In this document: positions 31,622 through 39,582 of the stretch, one piece after another
How the letters are laid out: each line of letters starts with the position of its first letter
Position numbering within the stretch: position 1 is the stretch's first letter
Virus record (IMG/VR): IMGVR_UViG_3300045988_106623
Origin: a virus
Length of the DNA: 39,649 nt
Direction: 5' to 3' (one strand)
Position numbers and translations under genes: made by a program
Notes under the pieces: model-generated
Seen by the model: the letters and a program-made list of their open reading frames with translations, nothing else
Databases searched by the model: none
What the model was told of the DNA's origin: nothing

Positions 31622-31793
31622 TTGGTGTGCCTTTCACGATGATTTGGGCGTGGGTGGGATACCACGCCGTCTGATGCTTGGTCTGGTTCGTGTGCCGGTT
31701 GCAGCAGGTGACCGCCTCGTCCAGTCCGGTGGGCTTGCCGAGTGGCCCGCATGTCCTGCAACGCGGCATCCAAAGACGCCGGTCAGGCATCAT
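31608..31793 (-). CDS. Small Cys-rich protein
   Basis: 61 aa with CRTC...CC. Confidence 0.4.
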   Translation of the reverse strand: MMPDRRLWMPRCRTCGPLGKPTGLDEAVTCCNRHTNQTKHQTAWYPTHAQIIVKGTPNDCE

Positions 31794-32139
31794 GCCTGTC
31801 CTTGGAGGTGAGTCGCAGTCCGGCGATGATGTCCGCCGAAGCGTCCGGGTTGCGCAGCAGCTTCGATATGGCCGCGCCTTCCTTGACGGTCAGTTGGGCG
31901 ATGGCGATGGCCGACGTGACGGCCGTATGCTGCTCGTCGGTGAGCATGATCTTGTCGGACAGCAACAGTTTGGTGGCTTTGTCGATGAACGTGCTGGCCG
32001 CGTTCGTGATGCCGTTCGCCGTCGGCACCAGGGCCGCCAGTTCGAAACTCAGATCCTCGTCCGACACCAGCGCCTGCTGCACCATACGCGGCTCGTTGAT
32101 AGGCTTGCTCATGATTGTCTCCTTTCCTCCGGCTCCCAT
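31783..32139 (-). CDS. Hypothetical protein
   Basis: 118 aa. Confidence 0.5.
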   Translation of the reverse strand: MGAGGKETIMSKPINEPRMVQQALVSDEDLSFELAALVPTANGITNAASTFIDKATKLLLSDKIMLTDEQHTAVTSAIAIAQLTVKEGAAISKLLRNPDASADIIAGLRLTSKDRHDA

Positions 32140-32579
32140 TCGGGGAGCGGTTTGATACTGATATAGAGGTGCGGCTCGTACTCATGCCCGCAACACGTGT
32201 ACGGGTCGCCGCTCTTGCGCTTCCGGTAGCGGCCCTTCGACCCGTAGACCCATAGGTCGGGCATCCGCTTGCTGGCGTGGCTTTCGACGACCTGCGCGTC
32301 ATCCGCGTAGGCGACGCCGTTCAGTGAATCGAGCACCAATTTCAGGAGGTTGTCGAGGTCGGGACGGCCGCGATGGCTCATCCAGAATTCGGCCTCCAAC
32401 CTGACCGGGCACTGGTATGGTTTCGCCTGCGGGTATTTCAACCGGAATTCCGCGAACAGGCGTTCCTCCGCCCTGACGGTGCGTTTCGGGGTCATCGCGT
32501 GCCCGTTGTAGACGCGGGGACGCCCCTTCGGCACCGGGTCGCCCGGCAGACAAAGAGTGAACTCACTTGGCTGTTCCAT
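32109..32579 (-). CDS. rusA: RusA-family Holliday junction resolvase
   Basis: Shows PKGRPR..., RPDLDNLLKLVLDSLNGVAYADDAQV (RusA signature). Confidence 0.8.
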   Translation of the reverse strand: MEQPSEFTLCLPGDPVPKGRPRVYNGHAMTPKRTVRAEERLFAEFRLKYPQAKPYQCPVRLEAEFWMSHRGRPDLDNLLKLVLDSLNGVAYADDAQVVESHASKRMPDLWVYGSKGRYRKRKSGDPYTCCGHEYEPHLYISIKPLPEWEPEERRQS

Positions 32580-32829
32580 CAGCGCCCCACTTCAACAGGA
32601 TTCCCACGAACATGAGCGGCAGGATGACCGCCAATGCGAGCGAGCCGGTTATCATCCACTGCGGCGTACCCACCGGACTGGGGATGCGACTATGCGTGCC
32701 GGCGAAACCGACCAGCCAACCCTCGAAGAACGTGAGAGCCAGTAATACGGCCGATTTCTGCCCGTCCGTCAGGCGCGGCTTCGGGCGACGCATACGCCGC
32801 TTTTTACGCCGTAATGCTTCGATGCTCAT
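32563..32829 (-). CDS. Small membrane protein
   Basis: 88 aa with two hydrophobic helices. Confidence 0.45.
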   Translation of the reverse strand: MSIEALRRKKRRMRRPKPRLTDGQKSAVLLALTFFEGWLVGFAGTHSRIPSPVGTPQWMITGSLALAVILPLMFVGILLKWGADGTAK

Positions 32830-33167
32830 TTCACGGCCCTCGACTTCTCCATGGTCACGATGCCGGCCAGATCAACCACGTCGGACTCGACCTGCAACAC
32901 CTTGCGCATGATCTTCAGGTCGCCCTGCATGTAGGCGTCATAGCCGATCTGATGCGCCACATCGAACAGGTCGCCCAGCATGTCCGCATACCGCTGCCAC
33001 TTGTCCGCCTCGGACTGTGGTTCGGGCTTGCGGGTCTCCCCGTCCAAATCCTTCTCCAATTCGACCTCCGTATCATTCAGGAGCTGCTCCATGAGCTCCT
33101 TCAGCGACATGTCCTCCGGAACCTCGACGCCGATGGCGTGGATACCGCTAATCTTGTTGTTTGACAT
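32826..33167 (-). CDS. Hypothetical acidic protein
   Basis: 113 aa from ATG 33167 (RBS gaaaggaag). The longer track ORF is rejected. Confidence 0.5.
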   Translation of the reverse strand: MSNNKISGIHAIGVEVPEDMSLKELMEQLLNDTEVELEKDLDGETRKPEPQSEADKWQRYADMLGDLFDVAHQIGYDAYMQGDLKIMRKVLQVESDVVDLAGIVTMEKSRAVK

Positions 33168-33277
33168 CACTTGTCTTCCTTTCAATGTGATTGGTGATGT
33201 TGGTGCCGGCGTGAACCTTGGACAGTGCGACGCCGGCACCGTTATTTCTTCTCCCCGGCTTTCGAATCCGGGGAAAC

Positions 33278-33511
33278 CTATTTGCCGTAGACCAGCTCCT
33301 TGCGGGTGATGGCGCACCTGTTGTTCCGGTAGTCGATGACCTCGCGTGGATCCCACACCAGCCGACGGCCGATACGCTTCGGGGCCGGCGGATATTTCCC
33401 GCCCCACCGGTCGTAGCAAGACCAGATGTAAAGAGTGCTCTTCGAAAGATTCAGGAATTCCGCCACCTTGCCAATGGGCCAACCGTCCTGTGCTTCTATC
33501 TGCTTGGACAT
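33278..33511 (-). CDS. HTH_17/excisionase-family DNA-binding protein
   Basis: 77 aa: IGKVAEFLNLSKSTLYIW...RRLVWDPREVIDY. Confidence 0.6.
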   Translation of the reverse strand: MSKQIEAQDGWPIGKVAEFLNLSKSTLYIWSCYDRWGGKYPPAPKRIGRRLVWDPREVIDYRNNRCAITRKELVYGK

Positions 33512-33903
33512 GATTCACCACGCTTCTTGGCGAGCAGGCCGCGCCAGTCCACGGTCGACGCCCACTCGAATACCCGCAGGCAGTCCGCAAAAAAAACGCG
33601 GAGAACATCGATGGAATCCAGATAGGAGTGCAATACGTCCTTCGCTTCCTTCAGGTCACCGAACGTCCATTCGCTCCAATCGGAATAGAACGAACCGGTC
33701 ACCCCGTCGAACGTGGAATACGTCAGGTCGAACCACAAGTCGAACATAGGAACCTTCGCTTTGAACACCGTCAGGAACAGGTCGGCCTCATCGTTCGGAT
33801 CACATACCAATTCCATGGGGAAGGAATGTCTGTAAGAGTCCGACACGATAGGGTGGGTGAGAGATAGACGAAGATTTTTCTCAGGGAGAACGCCGGCCAT
33901 CAC
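33496..33903 (-). CDS. Hypothetical protein
   Basis: 135 aa. Confidence 0.45.
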   Translation of the reverse strand: MMAGVLPEKNLRLSLTHPIVSDSYRHSFPMELVCDPNDEADLFLTVFKAKVPMFDLWFDLTYSTFDGVTGSFYSDWSEWTFGDLKEAKDVLHSYLDSIDVLRVFFADCLRVFEWASTVDWRGLLAKKRGESCPSR

Positions 33904-34667
33904 GCACCCGCTTTCTGACTGAGCTCATCCCATGCCCGGTCAAACAAGGGGCGATCTTCTTCCGTGTAGGCGTAGACCTGAATGATGTGACCGTTCGGCA
34001 GTGTCAGATCAGCGCGTTGTGGGTCTCGACCGTTTCGCTCTCGATATGCGGCCTTGAGCTTCTTGCCGAATGTGCCACTCTTCGATCGCAGCTGCTTGGC
34101 GCTCAGATTCTTCTCCCGTAGATAGTCCTGTGTGTACAGGGGACGGGTCTTCGGGTCGAGCTCAGGTAGTTCCCCCAATTCCCGTGCGATCACGATGCGC
34201 GTCTTCGCTTCGAGGAAATCCGGGTGGACGATGCCCTGCGAAGCCTTCAACAGTTCGACTTGCATCATGCGCTCATGGTGAGCCGCCTCAAGCAGGTGTT
34301 GCGGACGCTGCACCTCGTATCTGCCGGTGCGCATTACGGTCGGCACTAGTTCGTGGTTCACCCAACGCTGGAACCGGATGACCATGTTGCGCGTGGCCTC
34401 GTCCTTGACTGCGCCGGGGCGGCGATTGTTCAAGGCGTGGATCAGGCCGGGCAGCGTGATGACGCTCATTTCTTGTTCTCCTCCAAGGGTGGGCACAATG
34501 TGCCTACCCTTTTCATCGGAGTCAAGATTGCGCAACATGTCCTTCGCGCTCTCGTATGCGAGTTTCTTCGCGATGGGGCTGGCGACGAACACCGGCTCGT
34601 CGGTGTTGCAGTCCAGTGCGGTGACCTCCGTATCTTCGAAACGAAGGGTCTGCAATGCGTTGCTCAT
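33900..34667 (-). CDS. Bro-N domain antirepressor-like protein
   Basis: Shows FVASPIAKKLAY...GGEQEMSVITLPGLIHAL...FQRWVNHELVPTVMRTGRYE, which matches the Bro-N pattern. Confidence 0.7.
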   Translation of the reverse strand: MSNALQTLRFEDTEVTALDCNTDEPVFVASPIAKKLAYESAKDMLRNLDSDEKGRHIVPTLGGEQEMSVITLPGLIHALNNRRPGAVKDEATRNMVIRFQRWVNHELVPTVMRTGRYEVQRPQHLLEAAHHERMMQVELLKASQGIVHPDFLEAKTRIVIARELGELPELDPKTRPLYTQDYLREKNLSAKQLRSKSGTFGKKLKAAYRERNGRDPQRADLTLPNGHIIQVYAYTEEDRPLFDRAWDELSQKAGA

Positions 34668-34966
34668 TTGAGACCACCGTCCTCTGCTTCCACGGTTTCT
34701 ACCTGTTCAATGCTTTCGATGTTGTTGAATGGAACGATTGTCGTAAGGGGTCCATCGGAGGAAGACCCGTCTTTGCTGAGCCATTGGACTTCGTAGAACG
34801 CGAAGCCGACACCGGGAAGAACATCCACGTCAGCTGCGAACAGCTGACGGTGCCCCTTGAACCCGGTCTTGATTAACGTCGCCACGCAGGGGAAGTCGTC
34901 GCTCCACCATGAGGGAAGGCCGAGGGTTTCGATTTCCTTGTTGTCGGTTAGAATGGTGCTGTTCAT
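34664..34966 (-). CDS. Hypothetical protein
   Basis: 100 aa. Confidence 0.45.
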   Translation of the reverse strand: MNSTILTDNKEIETLGLPSWWSDDFPCVATLIKTGFKGHRQLFAADVDVLPGVGFAFYEVQWLSKDGSSSDGPLTTIVPFNNIESIEQVETVEAEDGGLK

Positions 34967-34978
34967 TTGAACCTTCTT

Positions 34979-35227
34979 TCATTTGATCCCGGCATCCGTA
35001 GCGGCGGATGCCTTTTTTATTTCCTTGCTGTCCTCGGTCTCCACCGTGTTGGCGGTCAGCCAATCCTCGATGTCGCTTTGTCGGTACAAAACCGTTCGCG
35101 GCGTCGCCTGGATGTAGCGTGGGCCTTTCTTCTGGTAGCGCAGCTGGGCCAGATGATTGGGCTTGAGCCCGTAGTGCTCGAATACCTCCTTGGGGCTGAG
35201 TGTCGGGCTCATGGCGATTGCTGGCAT
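34979..35227 (-). CDS. HTH_17-type DNA-binding protein, first gene of the early operon (Cro-like or excisionase-like)
   Basis: 82 aa: LSPKEVFEHYGLKPNHLAQLRYQKKGPRYIQ...YRQSDIEDWL. Divergent from the repressor gene. Confidence 0.6.
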   Translation of the reverse strand: MPAIAMSPTLSPKEVFEHYGLKPNHLAQLRYQKKGPRYIQATPRTVLYRQSDIEDWLTANTVETEDSKEIKKASAATDAGIK

Positions 35228-35244
35228 TACTGAAACCTCCTTTC

Positions 35245-35307
35245 ACAAGTTGTCGTTATGAGAACGTGATTAACAAGATAGCACAGAGTTCCAATATGAC
35301 AACTTGT
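35245..35307. promoter_or_regulatory. Genetic switch region: two palindromic operator candidates ACAA(G/C)TTGT, 53 bp apart
   Basis: acaagttgtc at 35245..35254 and its reverse complement gacaacttgt at 35298..35307. Lies in the AT-rich 119-bp gap between divergent genes. Confidence 0.55.
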
Positions 35308-35346
35308 ATTTTGCCTTTTGGCGTGTCGTGTTGTTAAATTGAGAAC

Positions 35347-36213
35347 ATGAGAATTAATGAAGCCATCTACGCTTATATAGATTCAATGAGAGCTACCAAA
35401 GGCTTGACGTTGGATCAAATTGCGACTGAAGCGAGACGCTATGGAGCGACTTGGACACCGGGATTCATTTCGGGCATGAAAAGAAATGCTTCTGCAGCCT
35501 CATTGTTCAACATGCTGATTCTTGTCAAGTCGTTGGAGTCGCTGACGGGGAAGCCTCTTGTGCTCTCCGATCTTTTTCCCGGAGAAGGAGAAATTAAACT
35601 AGACGGAGGGGGTTCGATCAGTAGAGAGGAACTCCGCAAGGCGCTGAATGGAAATCATTTTGAATTATTAGGAATTCCGCCCAAAAAAATGTCTGACGAT
35701 CCGGTGATACAGCAGCTTAATCAGGCGTTGCTGAATTCTATTCCGAACATCATGGCAAAAGTGTCAGAATATCTAGTATCGACAGCGCTTAACGGACCAA
35801 GCAAGATACGTAATGAGATGACTCATCATTCTCCCACGTTATCCGAACAAAGAGCAGCTGACAAAGTCGGTATTACAGCACCTGCCTTTGCCGCAATCTG
35901 TCTTCTGCGATATGGTCGTTTTCTTGATGAGGAGACTGCGCGACGCGCTGGGCAGAATTCTTCGCCGCAAAAGCGAGGACGGGAGACCCGTGGAGTCATA
36001 GAAGAAATTGATTTGTGCATTGACCATATGATTAACGATGGGCCAATTGGTTTTCCTGCTTTGCAGGATAGCAACTCCACCGATTTAACAACTCATGATG
36101 ACGAGCAGTCTCGTGTGGCTGAGACTCTCAATAAGCTCAGGCGCGGCGATCTCGATATCGCCGCCTATGAGGACGAGCACAAGTTTGATGGCGATGGAGA
36201 CGACCCCGCATGA
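35347..36213 (+). CDS. XRE/CI-like repressor (N-terminal HTH, long C-terminal extension with a second HTH-like segment)
   Basis: LTLDQIATEARRYGATWTPGFISGMKRN. Followed by, and overlapping, an ImmA-like protease gene. Confidence 0.65.
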   Translation: MRINEAIYAYIDSMRATKGLTLDQIATEARRYGATWTPGFISGMKRNASAASLFNMLILVKSLESLTGKPLVLSDLFPGEGEIKLDGGGSISREELRKALNGNHFELLGIPPKKMSDDPVIQQLNQALLNSIPNIMAKVSEYLVSTALNGPSKIRNEMTHHSPTLSEQRAADKVGITAPAFAAICLLRYGRFLDEETARRAGQNSSPQKRGRETRGVIEEIDLCIDHMINDGPIGFPALQDSNSTDLTTHDDEQSRVAETLNKLRRGDLDIAAYEDEHKFDGDGDDPA

Positions 36214-36638
36214 CGGATCCGCTCCCGTTGTCGCCGCGCATGAGCTACGGGCAGATGCGCATGGCCCTGTACACTGTCGCACCCGACCTGCACGTGGCCA
36301 GCGCCCGCCTGCCCGGCAGATTGGACGGCGTCTACTGCCTCGCCACGAACACGGTGCTCATCGACCGGCGCATCACCTACACGCGCAAACGTTGCGCGCT
36401 CGTGCATGAGCTTGTCCACTGGAGACACGGGGATGATACTAGCAACGGTTGCCGCGGCGGCAAACTCGAGCAGAGATGTCGACGTGAGACCGCGATGCTG
36501 CTTATCAGCCCGGCCGAATACGCCTTGGCGGAACGCATGTATGACAGCAACCCTTACCAGATTGCCGCTGAACTCAACGTGACCGTCCAAGTCATAGAAG
36601 ATTACAAGAACTGGCTGCACGAAAATGTAACCAATTAG
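36210..36638 (+). CDS. ImmA/IrrE-family zinc metallopeptidase (anti-repressor protease)
   Basis: HELVHWRHGDD (HExxH). 142 aa. ATGA overlap with the repressor gene. Confidence 0.75.
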   Translation: MTDPLPLSPRMSYGQMRMALYTVAPDLHVASARLPGRLDGVYCLATNTVLIDRRITYTRKRCALVHELVHWRHGDDTSNGCRGGKLEQRCRRETAMLLISPAEYALAERMYDSNPYQIAAELNVTVQVIEDYKNWLHENVTN

Positions 36639-36655
36639 AGAAAGAGAATCCGAAA

Positions 36656-37024
36656 ATGGAGAAGAAGAAAACAGACTGGACCGGATTCGGCCCTATGATA
36701 ATCGCAATAATCGTAGGCTTGTTTATTTGGGGACTGTGCACGAATTGGTGGTCAAACGACAGAGATTCATCGTCTCAGAGCAACTCATCGACAGTGACGG
36801 ACGGACATGCCCTAGCGGCCTGCAAGAGAAAAGCAAACATCGAAGCCCCGCAGGGATTCGACTACAAGCTCAGCAACGTTGACATCACCAACAACAACGA
36901 CGGAACGACGACCATCGTTTTCAGCGACGTCCTCGTCAACAACGCTGTGACGCAGACGATCCGCTGTGACGTGGGCGGCACGAACGACAATCCATCGGTA
37001 CTTTCATTCGGCGCGATAAATTAG
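36656..37024 (+). CDS. Membrane-anchored protein (candidate superinfection exclusion moron)
   Basis: 122 aa. N-terminal TM helix GPMIIAIIVGLFIWGLC followed by an extracytoplasmic domain. Confidence 0.5.
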   Translation: MEKKKTDWTGFGPMIIAIIVGLFIWGLCTNWWSNDRDSSSQSNSSTVTDGHALAACKRKANIEAPQGFDYKLSNVDITNNNDGTTTIVFSDVLVNNAVTQTIRCDVGGTNDNPSVLSFGAIN

Positions 37025-37034
37025 GAGACAGGAC

Positions 37035-37427
37035 ATGAGTACGGTGAAGAAAATGGCCGCGGTCATGATGTCGGCGTTTTTGCTAGCCTCGTCTGCAGCT
37101 TGCGGCGAATTCGCGAAAACGCATGAGCTCAGCAAACAGTCATTCGTTGACGATTACGGGTATTCGGAAGAATACTGGCCTTGGTCGGCGGACGATACGA
37201 CCGTCGAATGCAAGGACCATAACGCCGTCGTCATGACGATCGATGGAACGACGTATCCGCTCAACGGAATGGCGAAAGATTGGAAATACGCCAACGGCGA
37301 CCTGAACAACGTATGGAAAGACAACCCCGATGTTGACGGGTTGAAGGTTGACGTCAGCGATTACAACCACATAGCACTCGGTTTCTGCGGCATCGATTCA
37401 CCGTCGCTACATGATTCGACCAATTAA
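37035..37427 (+). CDS. Lipoprotein (candidate superinfection exclusion moron)
   Basis: Signal peptide with lipobox LLASSAAC. The pattern W..W...e..veC......v....g..YpLNG recalls DUF2511-type lipoproteins (from memory). Confidence 0.55.
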   Translation: MSTVKKMAAVMMSAFLLASSAACGEFAKTHELSKQSFVDDYGYSEEYWPWSADDTTVECKDHNAVVMTIDGTTYPLNGMAKDWKYANGDLNNVWKDNPDVDGLKVDVSDYNHIALGFCGIDSPSLHDSTN

Positions 37428-37554
37428 AAAGAATTGCCCCGCCGGCGTTGCAGCACCAACAGGGCGAGTGAAGAATCCAGCTTGCTTATTGGAAAGGAGG
37501 ACGCTTCGCCTCCCCATCATAGCCGATAGGCCTGGCGGAGCTATACCCGAAATG

Positions 37555-38112
37555 TCAGAAGAACGCGAGTGTGCTGCCGAAGTAGTTTCCGCGCTCCTGC
37601 GGGGTAAACTCCAGGGACAGCAGATGGTATTCCGGGTCGTCGGGATCCGGCCCCTCGTCCATGAATCCGAATCGTGTGAACAGGTCCATGCTGGGCTTGT
37701 TGCGCGGATCCACCTGGGTGAGCACGAGTGGCGTGCGGTTGAAACGCCAGGCATCGTCACGCAGGCGCACGATAACCGAGGAGAGCAGAGTGTCTCCGAG
37801 ATGTGTGCCACGCACCTTCAAAGCGGTGGCGATATACGAGATCTGGTAGACGCCCTCATGCTCATCGGTCGTTTCCACGGCTACGCCGTATTCGCAGAAG
37901 CCGACCACGTCATCATGCAGGGGAATATCTCCGGATACGACAAGAAGCGTGCGCATGATCCCCTTCGGGGTCTTGCGCACGCTGAGGTCACGTATGTAGC
38001 GTTGCGGGTCCATCGCCCATTCGGGGCCTCCAGGTTCACAGCACAGGAACTGCCTGAGGGCCGTCTGATGGTCTCTGGAGCATTCGCGCTCAATGACGAG
38101 CTTCAGACCCAT
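37555..38112 (-). CDS. GNAT-family N-acetyltransferase
   Basis: 185 aa. ...ATALKVRGTHLGDTLLSSVI... resembles the acetyl-CoA binding motif A. Confidence 0.6.
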   Translation of the reverse strand: MGLKLVIERECSRDHQTALRQFLCCEPGGPEWAMDPQRYIRDLSVRKTPKGIMRTLLVVSGDIPLHDDVVGFCEYGVAVETTDEHEGVYQISYIATALKVRGTHLGDTLLSSVIVRLRDDAWRFNRTPLVLTQVDPRNKPSMDLFTRFGFMDEGPDPDDPEYHLLSLEFTPQERGNYFGSTLAFF

Positions 38113-38269
38113 CGATGGTTTCCTTCCGGGCCTTTGCCCTGCGTTCCATGTAATGGCGGGCGCTGCGGGTCAGCTTCATCCATTTCTCGTCCACGGCGTT
38201 GCGTGGCTTGCCGTCCTCGGGCGGCACGTATGCCGGAATCGGCTTCACGCCGGTATCGGTCATGGTCAT
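38090..38269 (-). CDS. Small basic protein (59 aa) translationally coupled to the GNAT gene
   Basis: MTMTDTGVKPIPAYVPPEDGKPRNAVDEKWMKLTRSARHYMERRAKARKETIDGSEARH. RBS ggaaaggag. Overlaps the GNAT start by 23 nt. Below the ORF-track cutoff. Confidence 0.45.
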   Translation of the reverse strand: MTMTDTGVKPIPAYVPPEDGKPRNAVDEKWMKLTRSARHYMERRAKARKETIDGSEARH

Positions 38270-38339
38270 GGCCGTCTCCTTTCCGATTTTGGCGTAAAGA
38301 GAATATTTTATTAATTTCCCTGTTATCCGTCAAATCTCA

Positions 38340-38383
38340 TTAAAACACATTAATACCAGTTAAAACACGTTAAAACCGAAAAC
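38340..38383. repeat. (G)TTAAAAC repeats upstream of int (inverse of the motif at 92..129)
   Basis: ttaaaacac at 38340, gttaaaacac at 38359, gttaaaacc at 38369 and gaaaac at 38378. Confidence 0.45.
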
Positions 38384-38406
38384 AAGTATGAGCGAGTGAA
38401 AAAATC

Positions 38407-39582
38407 ATGGCGAACATCACCAGATACAGGACGGCCAAAGGCGAAAACAGGTATCGAGTCCGCTATCGGAAACCCGACGGCACGCAAACCGACAAGAGGG
38501 GCTTCCGCCGCAAGATTGACGCGGAGACGTGGGCTGCGGAACACGTCACCATAGCCAAGGCCACCGGCAGCTACATCGACCCGGAAGGCGGCAAACAACG
38601 CATAGGCACGCTGCATGACCAGTGGATTGCCGAAAAGAAGCCGTTTTGGAAGGCGACTTCGGGTTCCAACATGGACAGCGCATGGAAATGCCACTGCGAG
38701 GCCAAATGGGCAGAACGGCAGATAGGCAGCATCACACACGCCGAAGTCCAGGCATGGGTCGGAAGCATAATCGATAAGTCCGGCGCACCATCCGTCAGCC
38801 GCCCATACCAGATCATGCAGGGCATATGCAGCATGGCTGTGCGGGACAAGCTCATCTCCTCCAACCCGTGCGACGGCATCGAACTGCCGAGACTCCCCAA
38901 ACGCAAGGATCGCCGCATCTACCTGACCATTACCAGACTGCTGGCACTCGCCAACGAAGCGTCGAACTGCCGGAAGCTGGGAGAGGAGCGCCGGGCGCTC
39001 ATACTGCTATTGGGCTTCTGCGGGCTGAGATGGGGCGAAGCGGCCGGATTACAAAGATGCGATCTCGACTTCGACGCCGGCATACTGCACGTGCGCCGCA
39101 ACCTCGTATACGTCAACGCCAAATGGGCCGAGGGCACCCCGAAGAACCACGAACGCCGTGACGTGCCCATGCCCCGCATAGTCATGGACGCGCTCAAACC
39201 GATATGCGAGCAACGCGAACACGAGGAGCGCGTGTTCCGTGACGTGCGTGGAGGCCCTATCCGCAAGCAGAGCCTCGCCCGCGAGACGGGATGGTGGACG
39301 CACACGCTCACCCGTCTGGGCTGGAAGCGGGACGATTGGCCGGTGCCTCACGACCTGCGTCACACCGCCGCCTCGCTGGCCGTGCACGCGGGCGCGAACG
39401 TCAAGGCCTTACAGAGGATGCTGGGCCACAAGAACGCGAGCATGACGTTGGATGTGTACGCGGATCTGTTCGACAGCGATTTGATGGATGTTGCCCGTAT
39501 GCTCGATGCTGCGGTGCAGGTGGAGACAAGCATGGAAAAATGTGGGCAAAATGTGGGCAAAAACATTTTGGAGCCCGTATGA
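38407..39582 (+). CDS. int: Tyrosine integrase
   Basis: 391 aa. N-terminal arm-binding-type segment (RYRVRYRKPDG), then CGLRWGEA, HDLRHTAAS and LGHKNASMTLDVYADL. Confidence 0.9.
   Translation: MANITRYRTAKGENRYRVRYRKPDGTQTDKRGFRRKIDAETWAAEHVTIAKATGSYIDPEGGKQRIGTLHDQWIAEKKPFWKATSGSNMDSAWKCHCEAKWAERQIGSITHAEVQAWVGSIIDKSGAPSVSRPYQIMQGICSMAVRDKLISSNPCDGIELPRLPKRKDRRIYLTITRLLALANEASNCRKLGEERRALILLLGFCGLRWGEAAGLQRCDLDFDAGILHVRRNLVYVNAKWAEGTPKNHERRDVPMPRIVMDALKPICEQREHEERVFRDVRGGPIRKQSLARETGWWTHTLTRLGWKRDDWPVPHDLRHTAASLAVHAGANVKALQRMLGHKNASMTLDVYADLFDSDLMDVARMLDAAVQVETSMEKCGQNVGKNILEPV
39537..39563. repeat. Tandem 2 x 11-mer AAAATGTGGGC; candidate integrase arm-type sites (P arm), inside the int 3' end
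   Basis: Identical 27-mer to 132..158. Ends 63 bp before the att core. Confidence 0.5.
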
